Part shown: positions 21,375 to 30,778 of the stretch, piece after piece
How the letters are laid out: the number at the start of each line of letters is the position of its first letter
How positions within the stretch are numbered: position 1 is the stretch's first letter
Assembly (NCBI GenBank): GCA_045598165.1
Contig: JAZLLN010000088.1
Span: forward strand, 56,588 to 120,587
Source: Candidatus Cryptobacteroides sp.
Lineage (GTDB): Bacteria > Bacteroidota > Bacteroidia > Bacteroidales > UBA932
DNA length: 64,000 bases
Reading direction: 5' to 3'
Made by a program: the position numbers and the translations under genes
The notes under the pieces: model-generated
What the model was told of the DNA's origin: nothing
What the model saw: only the letters and a program-made list of their open reading frames with translations
Databases searched by the model: none

Positions 21375-22262
21375 TTATTCTATATCCTTCCTGTAAGGAA
21401 TGGATTCCTGCGCTCCCATCTTCTGAACGGTGAGAGCGCTTGCTTTTGTGGCGAATTCAACAGCGTCTCTCTTGGATTTTCCTTCGCTGAGGGCAACGCA
21501 CAGGGCTCCGCAGAATGTGTCACCTGCAGCGGTGGCATCTACAGCCTTGACCTTTTTCGCCGGGATGATTTCCGCTCTATCTCCGTCCCATATTGCTGAT
21601 CCCCTGCTTCCGAGAGTGAGGATTATGTCTTTGACCCCCATTTCATTCAGTTTTTTCATAGCGGCTTCAATATCCCCTTCAATGCCTGTCATAAGAGCTA
21701 TTTCCGTTTGATTGGGAGTGGCGAGTGATACGTATTTGAAGAGTTCTGCAGGCAATTTGCAGGCAGGTGCCGGATTCAGTATGACATAGGCTCCTGATTC
21801 GTGGGCAATCTTTGCTGCAGTCACCACGCTCTCAACCGGTATTTCGAGTTGAAGCACTACGTAATCGGCTTTCTTTATTATTTCGCCTATTCCTTCGATG
21901 TCTTCGGGAGTAATGTCTCCATTTGCGCCGGGTGCGACAGAAATGCAATTTTCCCCATTATTGTCCACCATAATCAGGGCGGTACCGGACGCTTTGTCGG
22001 AATACAGTATGTTGGATGTATCTATGCCTTCCTTAATGTAGCCTTCTACTGATTTTTCTCCGAAGACATCATGTCCAACTTTGCACACGAAACTGACTTT
22101 TCCGCCAAGTCTCGCAGCTGCAACTGCCTGATTTGCACCTTTTCCGCCAGGGCCCATCTTGAATTCACCCCCAAGAATCGTTTCCCCGGGTTGAGGAATT
22201 CTTGGAGCTTTTATAGTCATGTCAGTGTTGCTGCTTCCGATTACGAGAATTTTCTTCCCCAT
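21375..22262 (-). CDS. rbsK: Ribokinase
   Basis: GSSNTD, GGKGANQAVAAARLG, NPAP, PNQTE, DATAAGDTF. Alternative ATG at 22274. Confidence 0.93.
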   Translation of the reverse strand: MGKKILVIGSSNTDMTIKAPRIPQPGETILGGEFKMGPGGKGANQAVAAARLGGKVSFVCKVGHDVFGEKSVEGYIKEGIDTSNILYSDKASGTALIMVDNNGENCISVAPGANGDITPEDIEGIGEIIKKADYVVLQLEIPVESVVTAAKIAHESGAYVILNPAPACKLPAELFKYVSLATPNQTEIALMTGIEGDIEAAMKKLNEMGVKDIILTLGSRGSAIWDGDRAEIIPAKKVKAVDATAAGDTFCGALCVALSEGKSKRDAVEFATKASALTVQKMGAQESIPYRKDIE

Positions 22263-22267
22263 ATTTT

Positions 22268-23452
22268 TTACCATAAGAAATTATTGAATGGGTAGCGTCC
22301 TGCGTGTATTTCCGCCACCATTTTATATATGTCGTTCTTTAGTTTGGAGATATTTGTCTTCTCTTTCGCAGAAATGAAAATGCAGGGACTTTTTTCGTCC
22401 GCTATCCAACTGTTCATAAGTTCGTCCAAACTGCGGTTTTCCTTTGATTTCGGCTCGATGGAGAACTCGTCGTATTCCTCATACGTATAGGAATCTATCT
22501 TGTTGAAAACGACGTATACCGGCTTTTTAGCGGCTCCAATTTCCTGCAGTGTCCTTTCCACCACTTCCATCTGTTCTTCAAATTCCGGATGTGAAATATC
22601 CACTACGTGTACCAGGATATCAGCTTCCCTGACTTCATCGAGAGTGCTTTTGAAGGCTTCTATCAATTGTGTGGGCAGTTTCCTGATGAATCCCACCGTG
22701 TCGCTGAGGAGAAAAGGACAGTTCTCGATAACTACTTTCCGGACTGTAGTGTCCAATGTAGCAAACAGTTTATTTTCAGCAAACACGTCAGATTTGGCCA
22801 GCAGGTTCATTAAAGTGCTTTTGCCTACGTTTGTATAACCCACAAGCGCCAGACGTACCATCTGGCCTCTGTTCCCCCTCTGTGTGGACATCTGCTTGTC
22901 CACTTTCTTGAGCTGCTCCTTGAGTCTTGTTATCCTTTCTTTTACAATCCGCCGGTCCACTTCTATCTGGGTTTCACCCATACCACCTCTTGTGCCGTGT
23001 CCTCCTCTCTGTCTTTCAAGGTGAGTCCACATACCGGCAAGTCTTGGCAACATATAGTTGTATCTTGCCAGTTCCACCTGCATTTTTGCATAAGACGTTT
23101 TTGCTCTTTGGGCAAATATCTCGAGGATCAGACTGGTCCTGTCTATGACTGCTGCAGTCTTGATGACCTTTTCGATATTGCGTTGCTGCATTCCGGTAAG
23201 TTCATCGTCGAAGATCACGTAGTTGATGCAGTTTTCTTCGCAATACTGAGCGATTTCCTCAAGTTTTCCACTTCTTATGTATGTGGCTTTTTCAGGTTTG
23301 TCCAATCTCTGTACGAATTTCCTGTCTCCTGCGGCACCTGCCGTTTCTGCAAGAAACTCAAGTTCGTCAAGGTATTCCATTACCTTTCTTTCATCATCAT
23401 TTTGTCTGATGATGCCGACGAATACTGCTTTTTCTATGATATTTTCAGCCAC
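22268..23452 (-). CDS. hflX: GTPase HflX
   Basis: LILEIFAQRA, GETQIEVDRR, GYTNVGKSTL, LFATLDTT, DTVGFI, NKID. Confidence 0.96.
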   Translation of the reverse strand: MAENIIEKAVFVGIIRQNDDERKVMEYLDELEFLAETAGAAGDRKFVQRLDKPEKATYIRSGKLEEIAQYCEENCINYVIFDDELTGMQQRNIEKVIKTAAVIDRTSLILEIFAQRAKTSYAKMQVELARYNYMLPRLAGMWTHLERQRGGHGTRGGMGETQIEVDRRIVKERITRLKEQLKKVDKQMSTQRGNRGQMVRLALVGYTNVGKSTLMNLLAKSDVFAENKLFATLDTTVRKVVIENCPFLLSDTVGFIRKLPTQLIEAFKSTLDEVREADILVHVVDISHPEFEEQMEVVERTLQEIGAAKKPVYVVFNKIDSYTYEEYDEFSIEPKSKENRSLDELMNSWIADEKSPCIFISAKEKTNISKLKNDIYKMVAEIHAGRYPFNNFLW

Positions 23453-23458
23453 TTGTTA

Positions 23459-23488
23459 AAAAAAGGCCATCCTTTTGTGGACGGCCTT
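23459..23488 (-). terminator. Probable intrinsic terminator downstream of tonB
   Basis: Minus strand reads AAGGCCGTCC-ACAAAA-GGATGGCCTT followed by a T run. Confidence 0.65.
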
Positions 23489-23507
23489 GTATTCTTTAGC
23501 CTTCAGA

Positions 23508-24197
23508 TTAGCGAAGCTGGAAAATCACAGGGAAGGTGTATGTAACCTTCACCGCACGGTCACGCTGCTTTCCGGGTTTCCATTTAGGAGAACTTGAAAC
23601 AACGCGGACAGCTTCCTTGTCCAATGATGAATCAACGCCGCGGAGAACTTTCACGTTGGATACAGATCCGTCAGGGTTAACCTGGAACTGGAGCATCACA
23701 CGGCCCTGAACGCCGTTTTCTTTAGCGATTTCGGGATAAACGAGGCGCTGGTTGACCCATTTTGAGAACTCGTTTGCATCACCTCCGTTGAACTTCGGCT
23801 TTTCCTCTACAAGCTGGAAAGGAATGGCTTCTTCCTCAACGACTTCTTCCACAACTTCCTCGTGGTAATCCATGATTTCCACACCGAGATTTGCGTCATC
23901 CTCAGAGCTGAAATCGATGTCGTCCACCTTGATGTCATCGTCCACGATGTCGATGTTGTCTGAAAGGACGGGAATCTGATTAAGTTCGGGGGGAGGTGGA
24001 GGGGTTTCCTGCGTGATAGGTATCATTTCCTCCTCAATGATTTCCTGGTTACCTGCATCGAGAACGGCTGTCTTCTTGTCCTTGGAACTCCATTCAAAGG
24101 CAAAGAGGACCACTCCGAGGGCCAGAACCATACCAATCTCCACGAAGAGCAATCTCTTGTTCTCCAGGCTGGCTTTTTCTGATTTCTTTACTTCCAT
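23508..24197 (-). CDS. tonB: Energy transducer TonB
   Basis: MEVKKSEKASLE N-terminus, TM helix, PPPPP linker, C-terminal YPEIAKENGVQGRV...LDKEAVRVV...WKPG. Confidence 0.9.
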   Translation of the reverse strand: MEVKKSEKASLENKRLLFVEIGMVLALGVVLFAFEWSSKDKKTAVLDAGNQEIIEEEMIPITQETPPPPPELNQIPVLSDNIDIVDDDIKVDDIDFSSEDDANLGVEIMDYHEEVVEEVVEEEAIPFQLVEEKPKFNGGDANEFSKWVNQRLVYPEIAKENGVQGRVMLQFQVNPDGSVSNVKVLRGVDSSLDKEAVRVVSSSPKWKPGKQRDRAVKVTYTFPVIFQLR

Positions 24198-24295
24198 ATC
24201 AAAGTTTTGTTGTATTTCTTCATTTAGGGTTTTCAAAGTTAGAAATATTTCATATAATTTCCAACATTTAATAAATTTGTACAAACTTTTTTCAA

Positions 24296-24715
24296 ATGAT
24301 CAGATATTTTACAGAAGATATCAAGTTCGAATTCAAGGACAAACTTTCAAACAACAGGTGGCTGCGTCTCGTTGCCTCAAGCGAGGTAAAAAAGCTTGGT
24401 GACATCAATATCATATTCTGTTCCGACAATTATATTCTTGATGTCAACATGAAATATCTTCAGCATGACTATTTCACGGATATAATCACTTTTGACTATT
24501 GTGAAGGCAATGTTCTGAACGGCGATCTTTTCATAAGCGTCGATTCCGTGAGGGAGAATGCCTCCTATTATGGAACTGAATTCCCCGATGAGTTGAAGCG
24601 GGTCATGGTTCACGGTATTCTGCATCTGATTGGCTATGATGACCATAGTGAAGAAGATATTAAGGTTATGCGCTCGAAAGAGGATTACTATCTTTCGTTG
24701 CGGAATGTTCTCTGA
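24296..24715 (+). CDS. ybeY: rRNA maturation RNase YbeY
   Basis: HDYFTDIITFD, GDLFIS, HGILHLIGYDDH. Confidence 0.95.
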   Translation: MIRYFTEDIKFEFKDKLSNNRWLRLVASSEVKKLGDINIIFCSDNYILDVNMKYLQHDYFTDIITFDYCEGNVLNGDLFISVDSVRENASYYGTEFPDELKRVMVHGILHLIGYDDHSEEDIKVMRSKEDYYLSLRNVL

Positions 24716-26578
24716 ATGATTTCCGAATTTGATATAATTGTAGTCGGGGGAGGACACGCCGGTTGCGAGGCCGCTATGGCCGCTGCAAACATGGGGTCGA
24801 AGGTTCTTCTTCTTTCCATGGATACGCTTGCTTTTGCAAAGATGTCCTGTAACCCTGCAATTGGTGGAATTGCAAAAGGTCAGATTGTGAGGGAGATTGA
24901 TGCGCTTGGCGGATATACCGGGATCATCACTGACCGGTCAACGCTTCAATTCAGGATGCTCAATCGTTCCAAAGGTCCCGCAATGTGGAGCCCGCGCGCT
25001 CAATGTGATAAGATTCTTTTCTCTAATAATTGGAAAGAAGCCCTCGTAAGTAATTGTAACATAATTATTTACGAAGATTCTGTGAATTCTTTTGTCTTTG
25101 AGGATTCGAAAATTTGCGGCGTGCGTACGGAAGGAGGCAGAATTTTTTATTCTCGTGCGGTTATTCTGACTGCCGGGACCTTCCTCAACGGAAAACTTTT
25201 TGTCGGAAGGAAGGAGTTGCCGGGTGGACGTATAGGTGAGGATTCTTCTGTCGGACTGACAGAACAACTCATTGGAATGGGGCTCTCCACATCGAGGATG
25301 AAGACAGGGACTCCCCCGAGGATTGATATTACTACTGTCGATCTTTCAAAACTTCCCGTTCAGTTTGGAGATGAAGAGCCGGAAAGATTCTCATTTCTTC
25401 CGGTCAATTCAAGAATTCAGGAAGGTGGGAAACCTCAGATGCAATGCTATATTCTGCATACAAATCCTGAAGTACACGAAATCCTTAAATCCGGTTTCGG
25501 AGATTCGCCTCTTTTCACGGGGCTTATTCACGGAAAGGGACCCAGATACTGTCCAAGCATCGAAGATAAACTCAGAGTTTTCCCTGATAACGATGCCCAT
25601 CAGCTTTTCCTTGAGCCGGAAGGTGAACACATAAACGAGTATTATCTTCAAGGTTTTTCATCTTCCTTGCCTTACGATATTCAGATAGATGCCATGCATC
25701 ACATAAAGGGGCTGGAAAATGTCAGGGTCTTCAGGCCGGCTTATGCTGTCGAATACGATTATTTCGACCCCACACAGTTGAAGCCTTCCCTTGAGTTGAA
25801 ATCGATAGAAAATCTGTTTTTTGCCGGTCAGATCAACGGAACCACCGGATACGAGGAGGCTGCCGCTCAAGGATTGCTTGCCGGCATCAATGCTTATTTG
25901 AAAATTAATGGCAAGCCCGCTCTTGTCCTTTCCAGGATGGATTCTTATATCGGTGTCCTCATAGATGATCTTGTGACAAAAGGAGTGGATGAACCTTATC
26001 GAATGTTCACTTCCAGAGCGGAGTATCGTATACTTCTCAGGCAGGATAATGCTGACCAGCGTCTGACTCCCATAGGATATTCCATTGGTCTTGCCACAAA
26101 GGAAAGATATGACTTGACGCTAAAAAAATATAAAGATATTGCTGAACTGGCCGAGTATTGCGAAACCAGGAATGTGACAGCCGCAAAAGCTAATCCTTAC
26201 CTGGAGTCAATAGGTTCCGCTCCGCTCAAGGATTCAAAGAAGATTGCTGAAATCGCCCTTCGCCCGGAAGTGAAATTATCAGAGCTCTTTTCCATTGTTC
26301 CACGTGGAACATATTCTCGGGGAGTTTTCGATTCTGTTGAAATCAATTTGAAGTATAAGGGTTATATAGATAGAGAAAAGAGGAACGCTGATAAAATTTC
26401 TCATTTGGAAAATCTCGTCATCCCTGAAGACTTTGATTTTGACAAAGTCTCCGGTTTGACTATTGAATGCCGTCAGAAGTTTAAAAAATATAATCCGAGA
26501 ACCATAGCTCAGGCCTCTCGGATTTCTGGTGTTTCACCATCGGACATCTCTGTCCTCCTGGTGTATTTTGGACGATAG
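24716..26578 (+). CDS. mnmG: tRNA uridine-5-carboxymethylaminomethyl(34) synthesis enzyme MnmG (GidA)
   Basis: VVGGGHAGCEAA, MSCNPAIGG, GPRYCPSIEDK, GQINGTTGYEEAAAQG, MFTSRAEYR. Confidence 0.97.
   Translation: MISEFDIIVVGGGHAGCEAAMAAANMGSKVLLLSMDTLAFAKMSCNPAIGGIAKGQIVREIDALGGYTGIITDRSTLQFRMLNRSKGPAMWSPRAQCDKILFSNNWKEALVSNCNIIIYEDSVNSFVFEDSKICGVRTEGGRIFYSRAVILTAGTFLNGKLFVGRKELPGGRIGEDSSVGLTEQLIGMGLSTSRMKTGTPPRIDITTVDLSKLPVQFGDEEPERFSFLPVNSRIQEGGKPQMQCYILHTNPEVHEILKSGFGDSPLFTGLIHGKGPRYCPSIEDKLRVFPDNDAHQLFLEPEGEHINEYYLQGFSSSLPYDIQIDAMHHIKGLENVRVFRPAYAVEYDYFDPTQLKPSLELKSIENLFFAGQINGTTGYEEAAAQGLLAGINAYLKINGKPALVLSRMDSYIGVLIDDLVTKGVDEPYRMFTSRAEYRILLRQDNADQRLTPIGYSIGLATKERYDLTLKKYKDIAELAEYCETRNVTAAKANPYLESIGSAPLKDSKKIAEIALRPEVKLSELFSIVPRGTYSRGVFDSVEINLKYKGYIDREKRNADKISHLENLVIPEDFDFDKVSGLTIECRQKFKKYNPRTIAQASRISGVSPSDISVLLVYFGR
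26296..26311. promoter_or_regulatory. parS centromere-like site (inside mnmG)
   Basis: Perfect palindrome TGTTCCACGTGGAACA matching the canonical parS consensus; encodes VPRGT. Confidence 0.85.
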
Positions 26579-26592
26579 TTCCACGTGGAACT
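26577..26592. promoter_or_regulatory. parS site in the mnmG/ruvA convergent gap
   Basis: Perfect palindrome AGTTCCACGTGGAACT (14-bp canonical core) overlapping the mnmG stop codon. Confidence 0.8.
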
Positions 26593-26593
26593 T

Positions 26594-27187
26594 TTATAAC
26601 ATCTGTAGAGCCGATTTTATGATCTGCTCCACTGAAGCCTTTGGATTTGCTTTCAGTATCGCCTGAATTGCCTTATTGATGTTTGGTTTGGCAAATCCCA
26701 GCATTACCAGAGCGGAGCTGGCCTCCTCCACGGCTGCACTGTCGGGCGATGTGAATAAAACCTCATCTCCGCTTTCATCACCTTTGACAATCTTATCTTT
26801 CAGTTCAAGAATCATTCTTTGCGCACTCTTCAATCCGATTCCTTTTATTGACTTGAGTGTGTTCACATTCTCTGACAGGATGGCCTCCCGCAGTTCGTCC
26901 GGGCTTAGGGAAGATAAAATCATCCTTGCTGATGCCGCCCCCATTCCGGATACGCTTGTTATCATTTGAAACAATTCCCTTTCGGATTTGCTTGCGAAAC
27001 CATAGTCCGTTTGTGTGCCGTCTCTCTGATTAACCTGACTTTGAATGAAGACGACAGCTTCTTTCTTGCCGTCAAGGGAGGCATAGGTTTGAAGAGAGAT
27101 CTCGATACTGTAGCCGATGCCGTTATTGTCTACAACAACCCTTGTAGGGGTCAATTCGGCAATTTTACCTGAAATGTAATCTATCAT
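26594..27187 (-). CDS. ruvA: Holliday junction branch migration protein RuvA
   Basis: MIDYISGKI, GIGYSI, YGF, SVSGMGA, IKGIGLKSAQRMILELKDK, ALVMLGF. Confidence 0.95.
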   Translation of the reverse strand: MIDYISGKIAELTPTRVVVDNNGIGYSIEISLQTYASLDGKKEAVVFIQSQVNQRDGTQTDYGFASKSERELFQMITSVSGMGAASARMILSSLSPDELREAILSENVNTLKSIKGIGLKSAQRMILELKDKIVKGDESGDEVLFTSPDSAAVEEASSALVMLGFAKPNINKAIQAILKANPKASVEQIIKSALQML

Positions 27188-27211
27188 ATCACAAAACTAC
27201 ATAAAAAATGT

Positions 27212-27219
27212 TAAATTTG
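27212..27219 (+). promoter_or_regulatory. -7 promoter element (TAAATTTG) for sufS-sufE-sufT-folK
   Basis: TAnnTTTG match 5 nt upstream of ATG 27225. Confidence 0.6.
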
Positions 27220-27224
27220 TCTTT

Positions 27225-28424
27225 ATGAAAGAGTGGTTTCCACAGTTGTCCGAAAAAGTTTACGGCAAGCCCCTTGTCTATCTTGACAATGCGGCCACGT
27301 CCCTGCGCCCACAGTCGGTCATAGACAAGTGGACGGAGATGTCTGTGAAATACAATTCCAATCTTCACAGAGCCGTTCATTATACTGCGGCCAAGGCTAC
27401 CGGGGAATATGAGGATGCGAGAAAGCAACTCGCAACATTCATCGGAGCAAAACCGTCACAGATTGTATTTACTTCCGGGACTACGGCGTCACTCAATCTG
27501 CTTGCCTTTTCGTTCGGAGAATATTGCGTAGGGGAAGGAGACGAGATTATAATTGCGGAGAGCGAACACCATTCCGATATTGTTCCCTGGCAGATGCTTT
27601 GCCAGAGGAAGAAGGCTGTCATCAAGGTTCTTCCTGTCGATGATACCGGGCACCTCTGCATTGAATCCCTTCCTTCCCTGCTGACAGAAAAGACAAGGAT
27701 AGTTTGTGTAGCTCAGGTCTCCAATGTTCTCGGAATAGTGAATCCCATATCAAGGATAGTGGATATCTGCCATTCCAAAGGTATCCCTGTACTGGTTGAC
27801 GGGGCTCAGGGAATAGTCCATCTTCCCGTGGACGTCAGCGAAATAGCTTGTGATTTCTATGTTTTCTCGGGCCATAAAATGTATGCGGCTCCAGGAACAG
27901 GCGTTTTGTATGCCTCCGGAGACTGGTTGGAAAAACTTCCCCCTTATATGGGTGGAGGAGAAATGATAGGAACGGTTAAATGGCCCGGTTCCTCATATGC
28001 TCCGGCTCCTCATAAGTTTGAAGCCGGAACCCAGAATATTTCCGGAGTTCCAACCTGGTGTCCGGCCATAGAGACCGTTGAAGCTTTGCGCGCCAGGGAT
28101 ACCCGGATGTCGGGGATCAGGGATTATGTTCTGGAAAGTCTTCATGCAATTGAAGGCTTGAGACTGTACGGAGAACCGGCACGTCCGGAAGAAAAGATTC
28201 CTCTTTTTTCTTTTACCGTCGAAGGTGTCCATCACGAAGATCTTGCCTTGATTCTGGACAAGATGGGCATCGCAGTACGTTCAGGCCAGATGTGCGCTGA
28301 GCCGCTTATGGACAGATACGGCGTGACCGGGATGCTTAGGGCGTCATTTGCTGCGTACAACACAATGCAGGAAGCGGAATATTTTATTGAGTCGTTGAAT
28401 AAGGCAATTTCAATGTTGAAGTGA
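27225..28424 (+). CDS. sufS: SufS-family cysteine desulfurase
   Basis: YLDNAATS, EHHSDIVPW, VDGAQ, FSGHKMY (PLP Lys), VRSGQMCA (catalytic Cys). Confidence 0.93.
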   Translation: MKEWFPQLSEKVYGKPLVYLDNAATSLRPQSVIDKWTEMSVKYNSNLHRAVHYTAAKATGEYEDARKQLATFIGAKPSQIVFTSGTTASLNLLAFSFGEYCVGEGDEIIIAESEHHSDIVPWQMLCQRKKAVIKVLPVDDTGHLCIESLPSLLTEKTRIVCVAQVSNVLGIVNPISRIVDICHSKGIPVLVDGAQGIVHLPVDVSEIACDFYVFSGHKMYAAPGTGVLYASGDWLEKLPPYMGGGEMIGTVKWPGSSYAPAPHKFEAGTQNISGVPTWCPAIETVEALRARDTRMSGIRDYVLESLHAIEGLRLYGEPARPEEKIPLFSFTVEGVHHEDLALILDKMGIAVRSGQMCAEPLMDRYGVTGMLRASFAAYNTMQEAEYFIESLNKAISMLK

Positions 28425-28425
28425 T

Positions 28426-28845
28426 ATGACACTGTCGGAAGCAAAACAGGCTGTGGTCGAAGATTTCTCAATGTTTGACGAGTGGCTTGACAAATACGAA
28501 TATCTGATAGAACTTGGCAAGAAACTTGATGTGTTCCCGGAGAGTTCCAAAACTGAGGATAAACTCATAAAAGGTTGTCAATCAAGGGTTTGGCTTGACA
28601 GCAAGGAGGAAGAAGGTAAAATTTTTTTCAAGGCTGACAGCGATGCAATCATAACAAAAGGGATTATTTCCCTGCTTATCGGGGTCTATTCGGGACGCAG
28701 TGCGGAGGAGATTGCGGATGATGATTTTGCCTGGATAGAGGAGATAGGGCTCAGGGAAAATCTTTCCCCTACCCGATCCAATGGTCTGGCATCCATGATA
28801 GAAACCATAAAGAAAAAAGCCGATTCATCAAGAAACAATGGATAA
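28426..28845 (+). CDS. sufE: Fe-S sulfur acceptor SufE
   Basis: KYEYLIELG, IKGCQSRVWL, ADSDAIITKG, LSPTRSNGL. Confidence 0.93.
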   Translation: MTLSEAKQAVVEDFSMFDEWLDKYEYLIELGKKLDVFPESSKTEDKLIKGCQSRVWLDSKEEEGKIFFKADSDAIITKGIISLLIGVYSGRSAEEIADDDFAWIEEIGLRENLSPTRSNGLASMIETIKKKADSSRNNG

Positions 28846-29203
28846 CGAAGTTCTCACACCTGAAGACGTAAAGGAATTGGCTCCCCTGTACGAAGCCGTT
28901 GTACTTGCACTCAAGCAGGTATATGATCCCGAAATACCGGTGAACATATATGATCTCGGACTGATTTATGAACTCAATATAAACAAGGCGAGGGAAGTAT
29001 ATGTCAAAATGACTTTCACGGCCCCGAACTGTCCCATGGCGGACGAGGTGATGGCCGAGGTGAAACATTCCATAGAACTCACTCCCGGAGTGTCCGGATG
29101 CAGGATCGAACTTGTTTTCGAGCCTGCCTGGGATCAGAGCATGCTGTCGGACGAGGCCCGAGTCGCGCTTGGCTACGATGTTTTCGATGAAGATGAAAAG
29201 TGA
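28838..29203 (+). CDS. DUF59/SufT-like Fe-S cluster assembly protein
   Basis: VYDPEIPVNIYDLGLIY, MTFTAPNCP, VFEPAW. Confidence 0.88.
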   Translation: MDNEVLTPEDVKELAPLYEAVVLALKQVYDPEIPVNIYDLGLIYELNINKAREVYVKMTFTAPNCPMADEVMAEVKHSIELTPGVSGCRIELVFEPAWDQSMLSDEARVALGYDVFDEDEK

Positions 29204-29627
29204 TGTCCTGGTTCTTGCTCTCGGCAGCAATCTCGGCGACAGGGAAAATTGCATAAAAAGGGCAGTTGATTTATTGTCAGGGCATTTCGGGCCGGTGAAG
29301 GATTTCTCCGGCATTCTGGAAACTGAAGCTGTGGGATTCGACGGCCCGCCGTTCTTGAACTGTGTCCTGAGCTTTGACGGAGTCACTGAAGACGCTCAGG
29401 AGATTCTCAGATTCTGCAAGGAAACGGAAAAAATGCTGGGCAGAACAGATAGTCCCGAATATGATGCCGACGGAAACAGAATCTATCATTCACGCTGCAT
29501 AGACATAGATATTCTCTATTACGGGGACAGGCAGATTGATTCTCCGGAACTGACTGTCCCCCACCCAGGAGTTAATTCAAGAGGGTATCTTCAGGAACTT
29601 TTGAAGAGGCTTCGCTACAGCAGATAA
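29193..29627 (+). CDS. folK: 2-amino-4-hydroxy-6-hydroxymethyldihydropteridine diphosphokinase
   Basis: LALGSNLGDR, ETEAVG, FLNCV, RCIDIDILYY, LTVPHP. Start chosen at ATG 29193 (29187 also possible). Confidence 0.9.
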   Translation: MKSDVLVLALGSNLGDRENCIKRAVDLLSGHFGPVKDFSGILETEAVGFDGPPFLNCVLSFDGVTEDAQEILRFCKETEKMLGRTDSPEYDADGNRIYHSRCIDIDILYYGDRQIDSPELTVPHPGVNSRGYLQELLKRLRYSR

Positions 29628-30676
29628 AGAACCACTCCTACGGCGGCTGCCACGAAGAAATTGATTGACTTGGCGATCAGGAATGATTTCCTGTCCTCGG
29701 CAAGGAGGGGGAGCGCCGCGTGTCCGTCCTGGCTGATACAGCTTGCCACAAGGACAGGAAGGGGTACGATGCCTGAAGCATACAGCATTACAAAAGCCAG
29801 ATGAGGGCCTGATTCAGGAATGATGCCCACAGCGGCGGCGATGACAATCATTAGAATTGTATTGCCACTGACCCAGGATGAGATGTCTATATGGCTCATC
29901 AGCACGGAGATGAGGGCAAGCGTACCCGCGGTCCACAGAAAAATCTTTGGAAGATGCTCGCACACCACGTGATGCCACAAATGTTCCTCCACAAAATGAT
30001 CGCTGGCGAATATGGCCATGAACAGGACGGAAACACCGAAGATTGCGAACAGGACATTCATCCAATCCTCGCTCAGCAGATTAATTCCCCCTAAAAGAAA
30101 TTCCGCCTCGGCAGGACCTGCGTCATGTTCTTCTTCCAGAAGACCGGAGCATAATGCCGCCAGAAACAATCCGACACCCAGAACGATTGCCAATCTTTTC
30201 CAACTGAAATGCCGTTCTCCCTTGATAGCGTCTTCGCTATGCGTGGTGAAATTGTCGCAGTGGCACGGAATCGGTCTTGACGGCTTGTATATCCTGTCGG
30301 TGACAAGTCCGACAAAGACTGCCAGCGCAGCCAGTCCCAGCATAATAAACAGAGCCTGACGCGGCATCATCGCCAGCATCACGAAAGCTTCGTCTCCGGA
30401 ACTTGCAATCATCATCGCTATCAGAGCCCCGAAACTCACTATGCCGTGGGTGAACATCGAGACGACGGCGAATCCTCCCATACACCCCGGAATGGCTCCG
30501 AGCAGGGTGCAGATGACAATCTGAAGCAGGCCTGCTTCCCTTACGGTACCGGTAAGCCGTCCCTTCGACCATACATTGAAGCATTCGATAAGCATCATCA
30601 TCACCGTAACGAGGCCTGTGACAAGAACCGCACTTGACAGTATTTCTGAAATCTGTGTAAGTATTATTGGTGTCAT
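29615..30676 (-). CDS. Putative manganese/metal transporter family membrane protein
   Basis: Multi-TM; LGAIPGCMGGF, SSGDEAFVML, GIIPESGPH, SISQDGH-like motif (SCISQDGHAALPLL). Start at ATG 30676 behind TACCTTTG. Confidence 0.7.
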   Translation of the reverse strand: MTPIILTQISEILSSAVLVTGLVTVMMMLIECFNVWSKGRLTGTVREAGLLQIVICTLLGAIPGCMGGFAVVSMFTHGIVSFGALIAMMIASSGDEAFVMLAMMPRQALFIMLGLAALAVFVGLVTDRIYKPSRPIPCHCDNFTTHSEDAIKGERHFSWKRLAIVLGVGLFLAALCSGLLEEEHDAGPAEAEFLLGGINLLSEDWMNVLFAIFGVSVLFMAIFASDHFVEEHLWHHVVCEHLPKIFLWTAGTLALISVLMSHIDISSWVSGNTILMIVIAAAVGIIPESGPHLAFVMLYASGIVPLPVLVASCISQDGHAALPLLAEDRKSFLIAKSINFFVAAAVGVVLYLL

Positions 30677-30778
30677 ATTATGGCGACAAAGGTAAGACTT
30701 TTTTCCCAAGCATCTTCGAATCTGCCGAATTTTGCGTAAATTCGCAAGTTCGGAACGAAAATAAAACAACACAATATT

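Noticed and set aside
24198-24295. AT-rich tonB/ybeY spacer as an alternative oriC next to mnmG
   Set aside because: Short, with only one box-like 9-mer (TTTCCAACA), and largely accounted for by divergent promoters. Weaker than 17299-17558 but not excluded.
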